From Deltaproteobacteria bacterium (GTDB lineage: Bacteria > Desulfobacterota > Binatia > UBA12015), in contig VGTK01000010.1 in NCBI GenBank assembly GCA_016874715.1, forward strand, positions 21,418-45,417: a stretch of DNA of 24,000 nucleotides. Reading direction: 5' to 3'. The first letter of the stretch is position 1; each line of letters begins with the position of its first letter. The position numbers were made by a program, and so were the translations under genes. This document shows positions 1 through 7,622 of the stretch, piece by piece. Below the pieces are notes generated by a model. It was given only the letters and a program-made list of their open reading frames with translations. It was not told where the DNA came from and did no database searches.

Positions 1-569
1 GTGATGATCCGGCCGACGTCGATCTTGTCGAGGCGCGGGCCGTACACGTTGAAGTAGCGCGTGATCGTCACCGGCAGGCCGAGCTTGTGGTACGCGAAGC
101 AGAAGTGCTCGCCGACGGCCTTCGACGTCGAGTAGCACCAGCGGTCGATGCGCGTGGAGCCGAGCACGCGGTCGTCGTCCTCGGACCACGGCAGCTTCGG
201 GTTCCTGCCGTAGACCTCCGAGGTCGAGCTGAACACCACCTTGCGCCCGTACTTGAACGCGACCTTCAACACGTTCTGCGTGCCGTTCACGTTGACGTTG
301 AGCACCTCGTACGGATCGCCGACGTAGTGCTCGACGCCGACCACGGCCGCGAGGTGGTAGACGATCTCGACCTGCGCGACCAGCGAGTCGAGGATGTCGA
401 GCGCCATCACGCTGTCGCGAACCACACGGAACCGCGGGTGGCCCATCAGGTGACGCACCTTGGACGTGCCCCCGGGCTCAAGGATGAACACCTCGTCGCC
501 GCGCTCGAGCAGCGCTTCCGCGAGGTGCGATCCGACGAACCCCCCTCCTCCGGTGATCAGCACCTTCAC
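1..569 (-). CDS. NAD-dependent epimerase/dehydratase (SDR; ArnA C-terminal / UDP-glucuronate decarboxylase-like), C-terminus truncated by window edge
   Basis: Minus-strand reading from GTG at 569: MKVLITGGGGFVGSHLAEALLERGDEVFILE...HLAAVVGVEHYVGDPYEVLNVNVNGTQNVL...VVFSSTSEVYGRN...RWCYSTSKAVGEHF...ITRYFNVYGPRLDKIDVGRIIT. Rossmann GxxGxxG, SSTSEVYG, YxxxK and NxYGPR motifs. Confidence 0.88.
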   Translation of the reverse strand, partial: MKVLITGGGGFVGSHLAEALLERGDEVFILEPGGTSKVRHLMGHPRFRVVRDSVMALDILDSLVAQVEIVYHLAAVVGVEHYVGDPYEVLNVNVNGTQNVLKVAFKYGRKVVFSSTSEVYGRNPKLPWSEDDDRVLGSTRIDRWCYSTSKAVGEHFCFAYHKLGLPVTITRYFNVYGPRLDKIDVGRII

Positions 570-606
570 GTCGTGTCTCTCCCTGCCTCGCGAGCCGCCC
601 GCGCGT

Positions 607-1752
607 TCAGCCGTTGTTGGTGTCCGTAGCGAACCGGGCGCCGGGCGCGAGTCCGGCCGCCCGGGCCCAGGCCGGGCCGCTCGACGACGCGTCCTCCCGG
701 GCCGGACCACCCGTCGACGTCGCGTCCTCCCGGGCCGGACCACCCGTCGACGTCGCGTCCTCCCGGGCCGGACCACCCGTCGACGTCGCGTCCTCCCGGG
801 CCGGACCACCCGTCGACGTCGCGTCCTCCCGGGCCGGACCACCCGTCGACGTCGCGTCCTCCCGGGCCGGGTCGTGCATCGGCACGCCGTCCGCCCAGGT
901 GACGTTGCGGATCTCGAGCACGCCGTCGCCGGTCGCGACCAGCAGTGCGCCACCGCCCGTCGGGTCCGGCACGATCGTGCCCGGAGCCGCACCCGCAGCC
1001 GCCCCAGGCCACGCTTCGGCCCACCAGATGAGGACCTTGCGCCCGCCGAGCGTCGTGAAGGCGCCCGGCCACGGCTCGGTCACCGCGCGGACCAGGTTGC
1101 GGATCGACTCCGCCGGACGGCACCAGTCGATCCGGCCATCGGCGGGCTTGCGACCGCCGAAGTACGTCGCTGCGCCGTGATCCTGCTCGGTCCGCGGGGC
1201 GGTGCCGTCGACCAGCCGCGGGTAGACGTCGCGCAGCAGGATGCGGGCTTCGGCGGCGAGCCGGCGCGTCAGGCTGAGCGCCGTGTCGTCGCGCGCGATG
1301 GGGATGCGCCGCTGCGCGACGATGGCACCGTGGTCCGGCTTCTCGTCCATCTCGTGCAGCGTGACGCCGGTCTCGGTCTCGCCGTTCACCAGCACCCAGT
1401 TCACCGGCGCGCGTCCGCGATACCGTGGCAGATACGAGCCGTGCAGGTTCAGCGCACCACGGGTCGCCACGGCCAGCACGCGCGGCTTCATCATCAGCCG
1501 GTAGTAGAACGAGAAGAGGAAGTCCGGCCGCACCGCGGCGATCGCCGCGAGCGCGGCGTCGCCGTTGACGTCGTCGGGCGCCACGACCGGCACCCCGGCC
1601 GAGCGCGCGAGCGCCTCCACCGAGCGGAACCAGATCTTCTCGCCCGGGGAGTCGCGGTGCGTGACGACGAGCCCGACGTCCGCTCCGAGGTCGAGAAGCT
1701 CGGCGAGGGCCTCGTGGCCCACCTCGCCGTACGCGCAGACGACGTGCGGCAC
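607..1752 (-). CDS. ArnA N-terminal-type UDP-amino-sugar formyltransferase (stand-alone), with repeat-expanded C-terminus
   Basis: VPHVVCAYGEVGHEALAELL..THRDSPGEKIWFRSVEAL...PVVAPDDVN...PDFLFSFYYRLMM...NLHGSYLPRYRGRAPVNWVLVNGETETGVTLHEMDEKPDHGAIVAQRRIPIA...VRAVTEPWPGAF; closely matches the E. coli ArnA formyltransferase domain as recalled. GTG start at 1752. Confidence 0.88.
   Translation of the reverse strand: MPHVVCAYGEVGHEALAELLDLGADVGLVVTHRDSPGEKIWFRSVEALARSAGVPVVAPDDVNGDAALAAIAAVRPDFLFSFYYRLMMKPRVLAVATRGALNLHGSYLPRYRGRAPVNWVLVNGETETGVTLHEMDEKPDHGAIVAQRRIPIARDDTALSLTRRLAAEARILLRDVYPRLVDGTAPRTEQDHGAATYFGGRKPADGRIDWCRPAESIRNLVRAVTEPWPGAFTTLGGRKVLIWWAEAWPGAAAGAAPGTIVPDPTGGGALLVATGDGVLEIRNVTWADGVPMHDPAREDATSTGGPAREDATSTGGPAREDATSTGGPAREDATSTGGPAREDATSTGGPAREDASSSGPAWARAAGLAPGARFATDTNNG
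690..871. repeat. 33-bp tandem repeat (minisatellite), 5 copies plus a partial sixth, within the formyltransferase gene
   Basis: Unit CGTCCTCCCGGGCCGGACCACCCGTCGACGTCG at 690-722, 723-755, 756-788, 789-821, 822-854, then partial at 855-871; a diverged unit lies just before 690. On the minus strand it encodes an 11-aa repeat (GGPAREDATST). Confidence 0.97.
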
Positions 1753-1759
1753 GGAACGC

Positions 1760-2764
1760 TCAGAGCGTCTCGCGCGGCGACGTGTGCGACTGCGAGACGA
1801 CCTCGCGGATCCGGTACACCGGACGCCGCCGCACCTCGGCGTAGATGCGCCCGACGTACTCGCCGACGAGGCCAACGGCGAGCAGCAGCACGCCGACGAA
1901 GGCGAACAGGATCGCGAACAAGGTGAACACGCCCTCGCTCTCCGGTCCGACGATCAGGCGGCGCACCATCAGGAAGCCCGCGAAACCCACGCCGAGGATC
2001 GCGATGAGCACGCCCGTCAGGCTCACCAGCTGGATCGGCAGCAGCGAGAAGCCGGTGATCAGGTCGAAGCCGAGACGCATGAGCTTGAGCGGCGAGTACT
2101 TGGAAGCGCCGCGACCGCGCTCCTCGTGCGCGACCGGGATCTCGATCGGGTCGCGTGCGATCATCATCGCGAGCGCGGGAATGAACGCCGACTGCTCGGC
2201 GAGCTCGATGATCTCGTCGGCGACGTCGCGCGAGTAGCCGCGCAGCATGCAGCCGTAGTCGCTCATGCCGACGCCCATGCTGGCGGCGGTGACCGTGTTC
2301 ACCATCGCCGACACCTGCCTGCGGAGCCACGGGTCCTGGCGGTTCTCGCGGATCGAGCCGACGACGTCGTGTCCGTCGCGGAGCTCCGCGACGATGCGCG
2401 GGATCTCGCTCGGCGGGTTCTGCAGATCGGCGTCGAGCGTGATGACGTAGCGCCCTCGCGCGATCGAGAAGCCGGCGAGCACGGCCGGGTGCTGGCCGAA
2501 GTTGCGCGCGAGCTCGACCACGACGACCTGCGGGTGCGCGGCCGCCAGCTCGTGCAGGATCTCGCTCGACGCGTCGCTCGAGCCGTCGTTCACCAGCACG
2601 ATCTCCCAGCTCTCGCCCTCGAGGGCGCCCGACACCGCGTCGTAGAGGTCGTGCAGCGTCGCTTCCTCGTTGAACACCGGGACGACCACCGAGATCTCGG
2701 GAACGTCGCGCGAGCCGCGCGACAGCGGACGATGGCCCGGCGCGCCGGCGGTGTAAGGACTCAA
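1760..2764 (-). CDS. ArnC/DPM1-like polyisoprenyl-phosphate glycosyltransferase (GT2 with two C-terminal TM helices)
   Basis: ISVVVPVFNEEATLHDLYDAV...EIVLVNDGSSDAS...VVVELARNFGQHPAVLAGFSIARGRYVITLDADLQNPPSEIP...; hydrophobic C-terminal segments. TTG start at 2764 gives a TTGA overlap with the upstream aminotransferase stop. Confidence 0.88.
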   Translation of the reverse strand: MSPYTAGAPGHRPLSRGSRDVPEISVVVPVFNEEATLHDLYDAVSGALEGESWEIVLVNDGSSDASSEILHELAAAHPQVVVVELARNFGQHPAVLAGFSIARGRYVITLDADLQNPPSEIPRIVAELRDGHDVVGSIRENRQDPWLRRQVSAMVNTVTAASMGVGMSDYGCMLRGYSRDVADEIIELAEQSAFIPALAMMIARDPIEIPVAHEERGRGASKYSPLKLMRLGFDLITGFSLLPIQLVSLTGVLIAILGVGFAGFLMVRRLIVGPESEGVFTLFAILFAFVGVLLLAVGLVGEYVGRIYAEVRRRPVYRIREVVSQSHTSPRETL

Positions 2765-3954
2765 GCGGCACCTCCGCCGGCGCGGCGCGCCGCGATCGCG
2801 CCGCCGGCGCGCGTGCGGCGTGCGAGGACGTCGGCGAGCGCGTCGACGACGGTGCTCACGTCGTCGTCGGTCATGTCGGGATAGAGCGGCAGCGACAGGA
2901 TGCGCTCGAAGGCGTCGGTCGCGACCGCGAGCCGCGACGGATCCTCGACCATCGGGCGATAGAGCGTCTGCAGGTGCAGCGGGACGAAGTGCAGACCCGG
3001 CGCGATTCCCCTCTCCTTCAGCTCCGCGATCACCTCGAAGCGGGTCGCGGTGAGCGCCTCGACCTCGAGCCGCACGACCATGAGGTGCCACGCGTTCACG
3101 TGATCGTACGGCGCGCGCTCCAGCGGCCGTACGTGCGGCACCTGCGCGAGCTGCTCGAGGTACTGCTCGGCGAGCCGCGCGCGGCGCGCGTTCAGCGCGT
3201 CCAGGCGCGCCAGCTGGTGCAGGCCCAGCGCCGCCTGCAGGTCGGTGAAGTTGTACTTGAAGCCGGCCTCGACGACGTCGTACGCGCCCGCGCCGCGGCC
3301 GCCGAAGCGGCTCTCCGCGGTCTGGTCGATGCCGTGGAAGCGGAGCCGCGTCGCCCGCGCCGCGATCTCGTCGGAGTCCGTCACGAGGGCGCCGCCCTCA
3401 CCGGTCGTCAGGTTCTTCGCCGGGTGGAAGCTGAACATCGTCGCGTCGCCGAACCTGCCGATCGGCGTGCCGCGGTACGAGGCGCCGAGCGCGTGCGCGG
3501 CGTCCTCGATGAGCTTCAGCCCGTGTTCCTGCGCGACGGCGGCGAGCGCGTCCTCGTCGCACGGCTGGCCCGCGAAGTGGACCGGCAGCAGCGCCCTCGT
3601 CCGTGGCGTGATCGCCGCCTCGATACGCGCGCAGTCGACGTTCAGCGTTCCGGGCTCGACGTCGACGAACACCGGCCGCGCCCCGGCGTGCAGGAGCACG
3701 TTCGCGGTCGATACCCAGGTCATGGGCGTGGTGATCACCTCGTCGCCGGGGCCGATGCCGGCCGCGAGGACGGCGAGGTGCAACGCGGCGGTCCCGGAGC
3801 TGGCCCCCAGGGCGTGCTTCACCCCCAGGAACGCCGCCAGGTCGCGCTCGAAGCGCATCGCACGCGGCCCCGTGGAGAGCCATCCCGAGCGCAGGCAGGC
3901 CTCCGCCTCGGCGACCTCCGCATCACCGATCGACGGCCGCGCGTAGGGAATCAT
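2761..3954 (-). CDS. DegT/DnrJ/EryC1 (ArnB-like) PLP-dependent sugar aminotransferase
   Basis: MIPYARPSIGDAEVAEAEACLRSGWLSTGPRAMRFERDLAAFLGVKHALGASSGTAALHLAVLAAGIGPGDEVITTPMTWVSTAN...LIEDAAHALGASY...FSFHPAKNLTTGEGGALVT. The internal aldimine lysine motif SFHPAKNLTTGEGG is present. Confidence 0.92.
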   Translation of the reverse strand: MIPYARPSIGDAEVAEAEACLRSGWLSTGPRAMRFERDLAAFLGVKHALGASSGTAALHLAVLAAGIGPGDEVITTPMTWVSTANVLLHAGARPVFVDVEPGTLNVDCARIEAAITPRTRALLPVHFAGQPCDEDALAAVAQEHGLKLIEDAAHALGASYRGTPIGRFGDATMFSFHPAKNLTTGEGGALVTDSDEIAARATRLRFHGIDQTAESRFGGRGAGAYDVVEAGFKYNFTDLQAALGLHQLARLDALNARRARLAEQYLEQLAQVPHVRPLERAPYDHVNAWHLMVVRLEVEALTATRFEVIAELKERGIAPGLHFVPLHLQTLYRPMVEDPSRLAVATDAFERILSLPLYPDMTDDDVSTVVDALADVLARRTRAGGAIAARRAGGGAA

Positions 3955-4062
3955 CTCGGATCCATCCGGTACCAGAGGTCGACGCGGGGCAGCAAACGCC
4001 CGGTCCGGCGTCGCTGCCCGACGCTGGCCTGACCACGCGGCCAAAAAACTCGGTCCGTCGCC

Positions 4063-4090
4063 TTGACGGGATGACGCGCCGTGTTACGTG
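4063..4090 (+). promoter_or_regulatory. Candidate sigma70-like promoter (TTGACG - 16 nt - TACGTG)
   Basis: TTGACG at 4063-4068 and TACGTG at 4085-4090; GGAGG at 4098-4102 precedes ATG 4111. Confidence 0.4.
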
Positions 4091-4110
4091 GCGTCCCGGA
4101 GGTTTGAACG

Positions 4111-4551
4111 ATGAGCAGCAAGACTGAAACGTCCATCTGGGCGCCCCTGCAGGGCGCCGTCGCGCAGGCGCGCACGCTCGACCGGCGGGCCCGCAAGATC
4201 GCACAGCAGACCGCCGACGAGCTCTACAGCCGCTCGGAGACCCTGTTCACCGAGGCGCAGAAGCGCTCGGCGCGGACCGTGAAGGCGGTGCGCAAGAACG
4301 TCGCGGCCGCGCTCGAGACCATCGATTCGCGCACCAGGCGGCTGTCCGACGTGCCCGACTGGGCATGGCAGCAGCTCGAAGGGGCGCGCAAGCAGCTGAG
4401 CGACGCCGAGATCCAGCTGCGCAAGGGCGTCGAGGTGGTCGCGCGCGGCCTGCACGTTGCGCTCGACAAGGATGTCGACGGCCTGCGCCGCAAGCTGTCA
4501 CACCTCGAGAAGCGGGTGAACGAGCTCTCCGGCGAGAGCAAGGCGGCCTGA
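4111..4551 (+). CDS. Phasin-like / amphipathic coiled-coil protein
   Basis: ATG with good SD (CCCGGAGG). Long helical, Ala/Lys/Arg/Glu-rich: APLQGAVAQARTLDRRARKIAQQTADELYSRSETLFTEAQKRSARTVKAVRKNVAAALETIDSRTRRLSDVPDWAWQQLEGARKQL... Confidence 0.6.
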   Translation: MSSKTETSIWAPLQGAVAQARTLDRRARKIAQQTADELYSRSETLFTEAQKRSARTVKAVRKNVAAALETIDSRTRRLSDVPDWAWQQLEGARKQLSDAEIQLRKGVEVVARGLHVALDKDVDGLRRKLSHLEKRVNELSGESKAA

Positions 4552-4565
4552 GGGCTGCCCGCAGG

Positions 4566-4596
4566 GCGGCGCGGCCCGCGTGGGCGGGCGCGCCGC
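4566..4596. terminator. Strong GC hairpin in convergent intergenic region (possible terminator, no U-tract)
   Basis: GCGGCGC-g-GCCCGC-GTGG-GCGGGC-GCGCCGC: 13 bp stem with one bulge. A second hairpin CTCGGCC-CCA-GGCCGAG lies at 4599-4615. Confidence 0.35.
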
Positions 4597-4687
4597 ATCT
4601 CGGCCCCAGGCCGAGTGACCCGGCGTCCTGGGGACCGGCGACGGGTCAAGGGTCCGGCGCTCCGCGCCGGGCCGGCGAACGCGCCGC

Positions 4688-5008
4688 TCAGGCGGCGGCC
4701 GGGGCCGACGAACCCTTCTTGTCGGCCTTCTTTTCCTTCTTCTCGGGCTTCTCCGACTTGGTCTCGGTCGAGCTGCTGCTCGAGCTCGAGTCGTCGGAGG
4801 ACTTCGACTCCGTCGCACCGGCGTTGCCGTCCTTGCGGCCGTAGTCCGTGATGTACCAGCCCGCGCCCTTCAGATGGAACGCCGGATTGGAGATCAGCTT
4901 GGTCACCTTCGCCTTGCAGGACGGACACTTCTTGAGCGGCTGATCGGTGATCTTCTGCATCTGATCGAAGTCGCCACACTTCGGGCAGTGGTATTCGTAG
5001 ATCGGCAT
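4688..5008 (-). CDS. FmdB-family zinc ribbon protein with low-complexity Ser/Lys/Glu tail
   Basis: MPIYEYHCPKCGDFDQMQKITDQPLKKCPSCKAKVTKLISNPAFHLKGAGWYITDYG; CxxC...CxxC zinc ribbon and GxGWYxTDY motif. Confidence 0.9.
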   Translation of the reverse strand: MPIYEYHCPKCGDFDQMQKITDQPLKKCPSCKAKVTKLISNPAFHLKGAGWYITDYGRKDGNAGATESKSSDDSSSSSSSTETKSEKPEKKEKKADKKGSSAPAAA

Positions 5009-5057
5009 CGTCGAGGACTCCTCCGGACCAGCAGGCCCCGCCGAGGTGTAAGGGCGC

Positions 5058-5393
5058 CTAGTCGAATTGTCCACCCAGGACCGACGGGCCCCCGCCGCCG
5101 ATGCTGGCCGCGAGCTGGTAGAGCGTCTTCACCAGGAAGACCTGCAGGAAGGTGATGGCCAGCAGCACCACGATCGGCGTGAAGTCCACCCCGCCGAAGG
5201 CCAGCGGCAGGACCCGCCGGACCCGGTACATGACGGGCTCCGTGGCAGACCGCAGGAAGCGGACGATCGGGTTGTAGGGGTCCGGGTTGACCCAGGACAG
5301 CACCGCGCTCGCGATGATGATCCACCAGTAGATGTTCAGGACGGCGTTCACGACCATCGCGGTCGCGACGAGGAAGTTGCTCACAACGAACAT
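5058..5393 (-). CDS. YggT family integral membrane protein
   Basis: IYWWIIIASAVLSWVNPDPYNPIVRFLRSATEPVMYRVRRVLPLAFGGVDFTPIVVLLAITFLQVFL; the SWVNPDPxNPxxxFLxxxTEPxxxxxRRxxP signature of YggT. Confidence 0.9.
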   Translation of the reverse strand: MFVVSNFLVATAMVVNAVLNIYWWIIIASAVLSWVNPDPYNPIVRFLRSATEPVMYRVRRVLPLAFGGVDFTPIVVLLAITFLQVFLVKTLYQLAASIGGGGPSVLGGQFD

Positions 5394-5486
5394 CGGGGCG
5401 CTCCTCTTCCAGCGAGGGGCGCGAGCCCCTCGACCCGCCGGGCCGACCCCGACGGAATCCCACTCCCGCTCCCGATCCCGGGCGCC

Positions 5487-5516
5487 GCGACCGGGCGGCC
5501 GGCGACCGGACGGCCG
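5487..5516. repeat. 15-bp tandem duplication in yggT-proC intergenic region
   Basis: GCGACCGGGCGGCCG (5487-5501) followed by GCGACCGGACGGCCG (5502-5516), one mismatch. Confidence 0.7.
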
Positions 5517-5528
5517 GCCCGCGACATG

Positions 5529-6332
5529 CTAGCCAGCCGACAGCTCCTTCGAGCGCCGGGTCGCCGCCTCGATGGCGGCCCGGACTGCGCGAGCGAAGCC
5601 TCGCGCCTCGAGCGCCTCGAGACCGGCGAGCGTCGTGCCGCCGGGGGAGGTGACCATCGCGCGCAGCTTGTCTGGCGAATCGCCGGAGGTCCGCCACAGG
5701 GTCGCCGCGCCGAACAGAGTCTGCTTGACCAGACGCTCGGCGAGCGCGGGCGCGAGACCGACCGACTTCGCGGCCTCGAGCCAGGCCTCGGCGAACGCGA
5801 ACACGAATCCCGGGCCGCTGCCGCTCACGGCGGTCACCGCGTCGAGCAGCGACTCCTCGGCGACCACCACGGCGTCGCCGACGCTCGTGAAGAGCCCGCG
5901 GACGACCTCGAGGTCGTCCGCGGTCGCAGCACCGCCGCCGACCAGCACGGTGATGCCCTCGCCGACGAGCGCTGGCGTGTTCGGCATCGCGCGCACGAGC
6001 CGGCTCGACGCGCCGAGCTGCCGCGCGAGGCTCTGCAGGGTGAAGCCTGCCGCGACCGAGACGACGATCTGCTCCGCCCGGACGTGCCCCGCGAGCCTGT
6101 CGACGACGGCGCCGAGCACCTGCGGCTTCACGGCCAGCACCAGCACGTCGGCAGCTGCGGCGACCTCGTCGAGCCCCGCCGCCAGTGTGCCGCCGGTCTC
6201 CTTCGCGAAACGCTCGCGCGCTCCGGCGTCCGGATCCGTGGCGACGATGCGGACGTCCGGCTTGCCCGCGGCGATGCCGCCGGCGAGCGCACGCGCCATG
6301 TTGCCGGCGCCGGCGAAGCCGACGCAGGTCAA
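5529..6332 (-). CDS. proC: Pyrroline-5-carboxylate reductase
   Basis: LTCVGFAGAGNMARALAGGI...DVLVLAVKPQVLGAVVDRL...RAMPNTPALVGEGITVL...DAVTAVSGSGPGFVFAFAEAW...QTLFGAATL...LRAMVTSPGGTTLAGLEALE. TTG start at 6332, TTGA overlap with the upstream gene. Confidence 0.95.
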   Translation of the reverse strand: MTCVGFAGAGNMARALAGGIAAGKPDVRIVATDPDAGARERFAKETGGTLAAGLDEVAAAADVLVLAVKPQVLGAVVDRLAGHVRAEQIVVSVAAGFTLQSLARQLGASSRLVRAMPNTPALVGEGITVLVGGGAATADDLEVVRGLFTSVGDAVVVAEESLLDAVTAVSGSGPGFVFAFAEAWLEAAKSVGLAPALAERLVKQTLFGAATLWRTSGDSPDKLRAMVTSPGGTTLAGLEALEARGFARAVRAAIEAATRRSKELSAG

Positions 6333-7621
6333 CGGCGATCTCCGACCGGCCGCACGCGCGGTCCGAAGATCGCGGTGCCGAGCCGCACCAGCGTTGCGCC
6401 CTCGGCGATCGCCTCCGGGTAATCGTCGCTCATGCCCATCGACAGCTCCGTCAGGCGCTCGTAGCCCATGCCGCGCAGCTCGTCGACCTGCTGCCGCAGC
6501 GCCGCGAAGGTCCCCCGTGTCGCCGCCGCGTCGGCGTCGAGCGGTCCGATCGTCATCAGGCCGCGCGGCTCGAAGCCGGGGACGTCGGCGAGCCGACGCA
6601 CGTGCGCGAGCACGTCGTCGGGCGGAACTCCCGCCTTGCTCGGGTCGCGCGCGACGTTCACCTGCAGGAGGCCTGCGACCGGTCCGGAAGCCCGCTTCGC
6701 CAGCGCCGCGGCGACCTCCACGCGGTCGATCGCGTGGACGAGGTCGAAGGTGCGCACCGCGAGGGCGGCCTTGTTGGTCTGCAGCGGACCGATCAGATGC
6801 CAGCGCGCCGCGTCCGCGTTGCTTAGCGCCGCGACCTCGGCCCGCTTGCGCGCCCCCTCCTGGACGTAGTTCTCGCCGACGTCGGTGGCCCCGGCGGCGA
6901 TCGCCGCGTGCGCCAGCGCGGCGGGGTGGCCCTTCGTCACCGCGACGAGGCGGCACGACTCCGGCGGGCGTCCTGCCGCGACCGTGCGCGCCGCGACCTC
7001 GCCGCGCACCGCGCGCAGCCGGAGCGCCACCGCCTCGGGCGGCAGCGGGGACACCGGCTCGGAGATCCCGAGCCGCCGCGCCGACTCCAGGACGCCCTCG
7101 AGCGGCAACCCGATCACGCCGCTGACCGAACCCCGCACCGAATCGACGAAGCGCGCGGCCCCGCCCTGGATCGCGTAAGCGCCCGCCTTGTCGCGCGGCT
7201 CACCGGTCGCGACGTAGGCCCGGATCTCGCGTTCGCCGATCTTCCGGAAGCGCACCTCGCTGCGCGACAGGTCGTGGACCACCGCCTCGCCGCCGCGCGC
7301 CCAGGCGAAGCCCGTCAAGACCAGGTGCGGCGCCGCGTCGAGCCGCGACAGCATCCGCAACGCGTCCGCGTCGTCCGCGGGCTTGCCGAAGATGTCGTCT
7401 CCCTGCGCGACCACGGTGTCCGAGCCCAGCACCCACGCCTCGGGGTGCGCGCGGCTCAGGCGGATCGCCTTCTCGCGGGCGAGCCGGCGCACGTGGGTCT
7501 CCGGGTCCTCGTCGCCGAGGCGGCGCTCGTCGATCGCCGCGGGCAGGACGTCGAACGGCCACGTCACGCGGGCGAGGATCTCGGCACGCCGCGGCGACGC
7601 GGACGCGAGGATCACGCGCAT
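6329..7621 (-). CDS. Maf-like nucleotide pyrophosphatase fused to YggS/PLPBP-family PLP homeostasis protein
   Basis: N-terminal MRVILASASPRRAEIL...VLGSDTVVAQGDDIFGKP...DKAGAYAIQGGAARFVDSVRGSVSGVIGLPL (Maf) continues in frame to CRLVAVTKGHPAALAHAAIAAGATDVGENYVQEG...WHLIGPLQTNK...LSMGMSDDYPEAIAEGATLVRLGTAIFGPR (YggS). No in-frame stop between domains. Confidence 0.88.
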   Translation of the reverse strand: MRVILASASPRRAEILARVTWPFDVLPAAIDERRLGDEDPETHVRRLAREKAIRLSRAHPEAWVLGSDTVVAQGDDIFGKPADDADALRMLSRLDAAPHLVLTGFAWARGGEAVVHDLSRSEVRFRKIGEREIRAYVATGEPRDKAGAYAIQGGAARFVDSVRGSVSGVIGLPLEGVLESARRLGISEPVSPLPPEAVALRLRAVRGEVAARTVAAGRPPESCRLVAVTKGHPAALAHAAIAAGATDVGENYVQEGARKRAEVAALSNADAARWHLIGPLQTNKAALAVRTFDLVHAIDRVEVAAALAKRASGPVAGLLQVNVARDPSKAGVPPDDVLAHVRRLADVPGFEPRGLMTIGPLDADAAATRGTFAALRQQVDELRGMGYERLTELSMGMSDDYPEAIAEGATLVRLGTAIFGPRVRPVGDRR

Positions 7622-7622
7622 C

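Noticed and set aside
690-871. Possible CRISPR array from the 33-bp repeats
   Set aside because: Copies are directly contiguous with no variable spacers and lie inside a coding gene; no cas genes in the window.
460-1926. 488-aa plus-strand ORF and other overlapping ORFs through the 33-bp repeat (566..1123 -, 614..1180 +)
   Set aside because: The 33-bp unit is a multiple of 3 and lacks stops in several frames, so it extends spurious ORFs; only the minus-strand formyltransferase frame shows conserved motifs.
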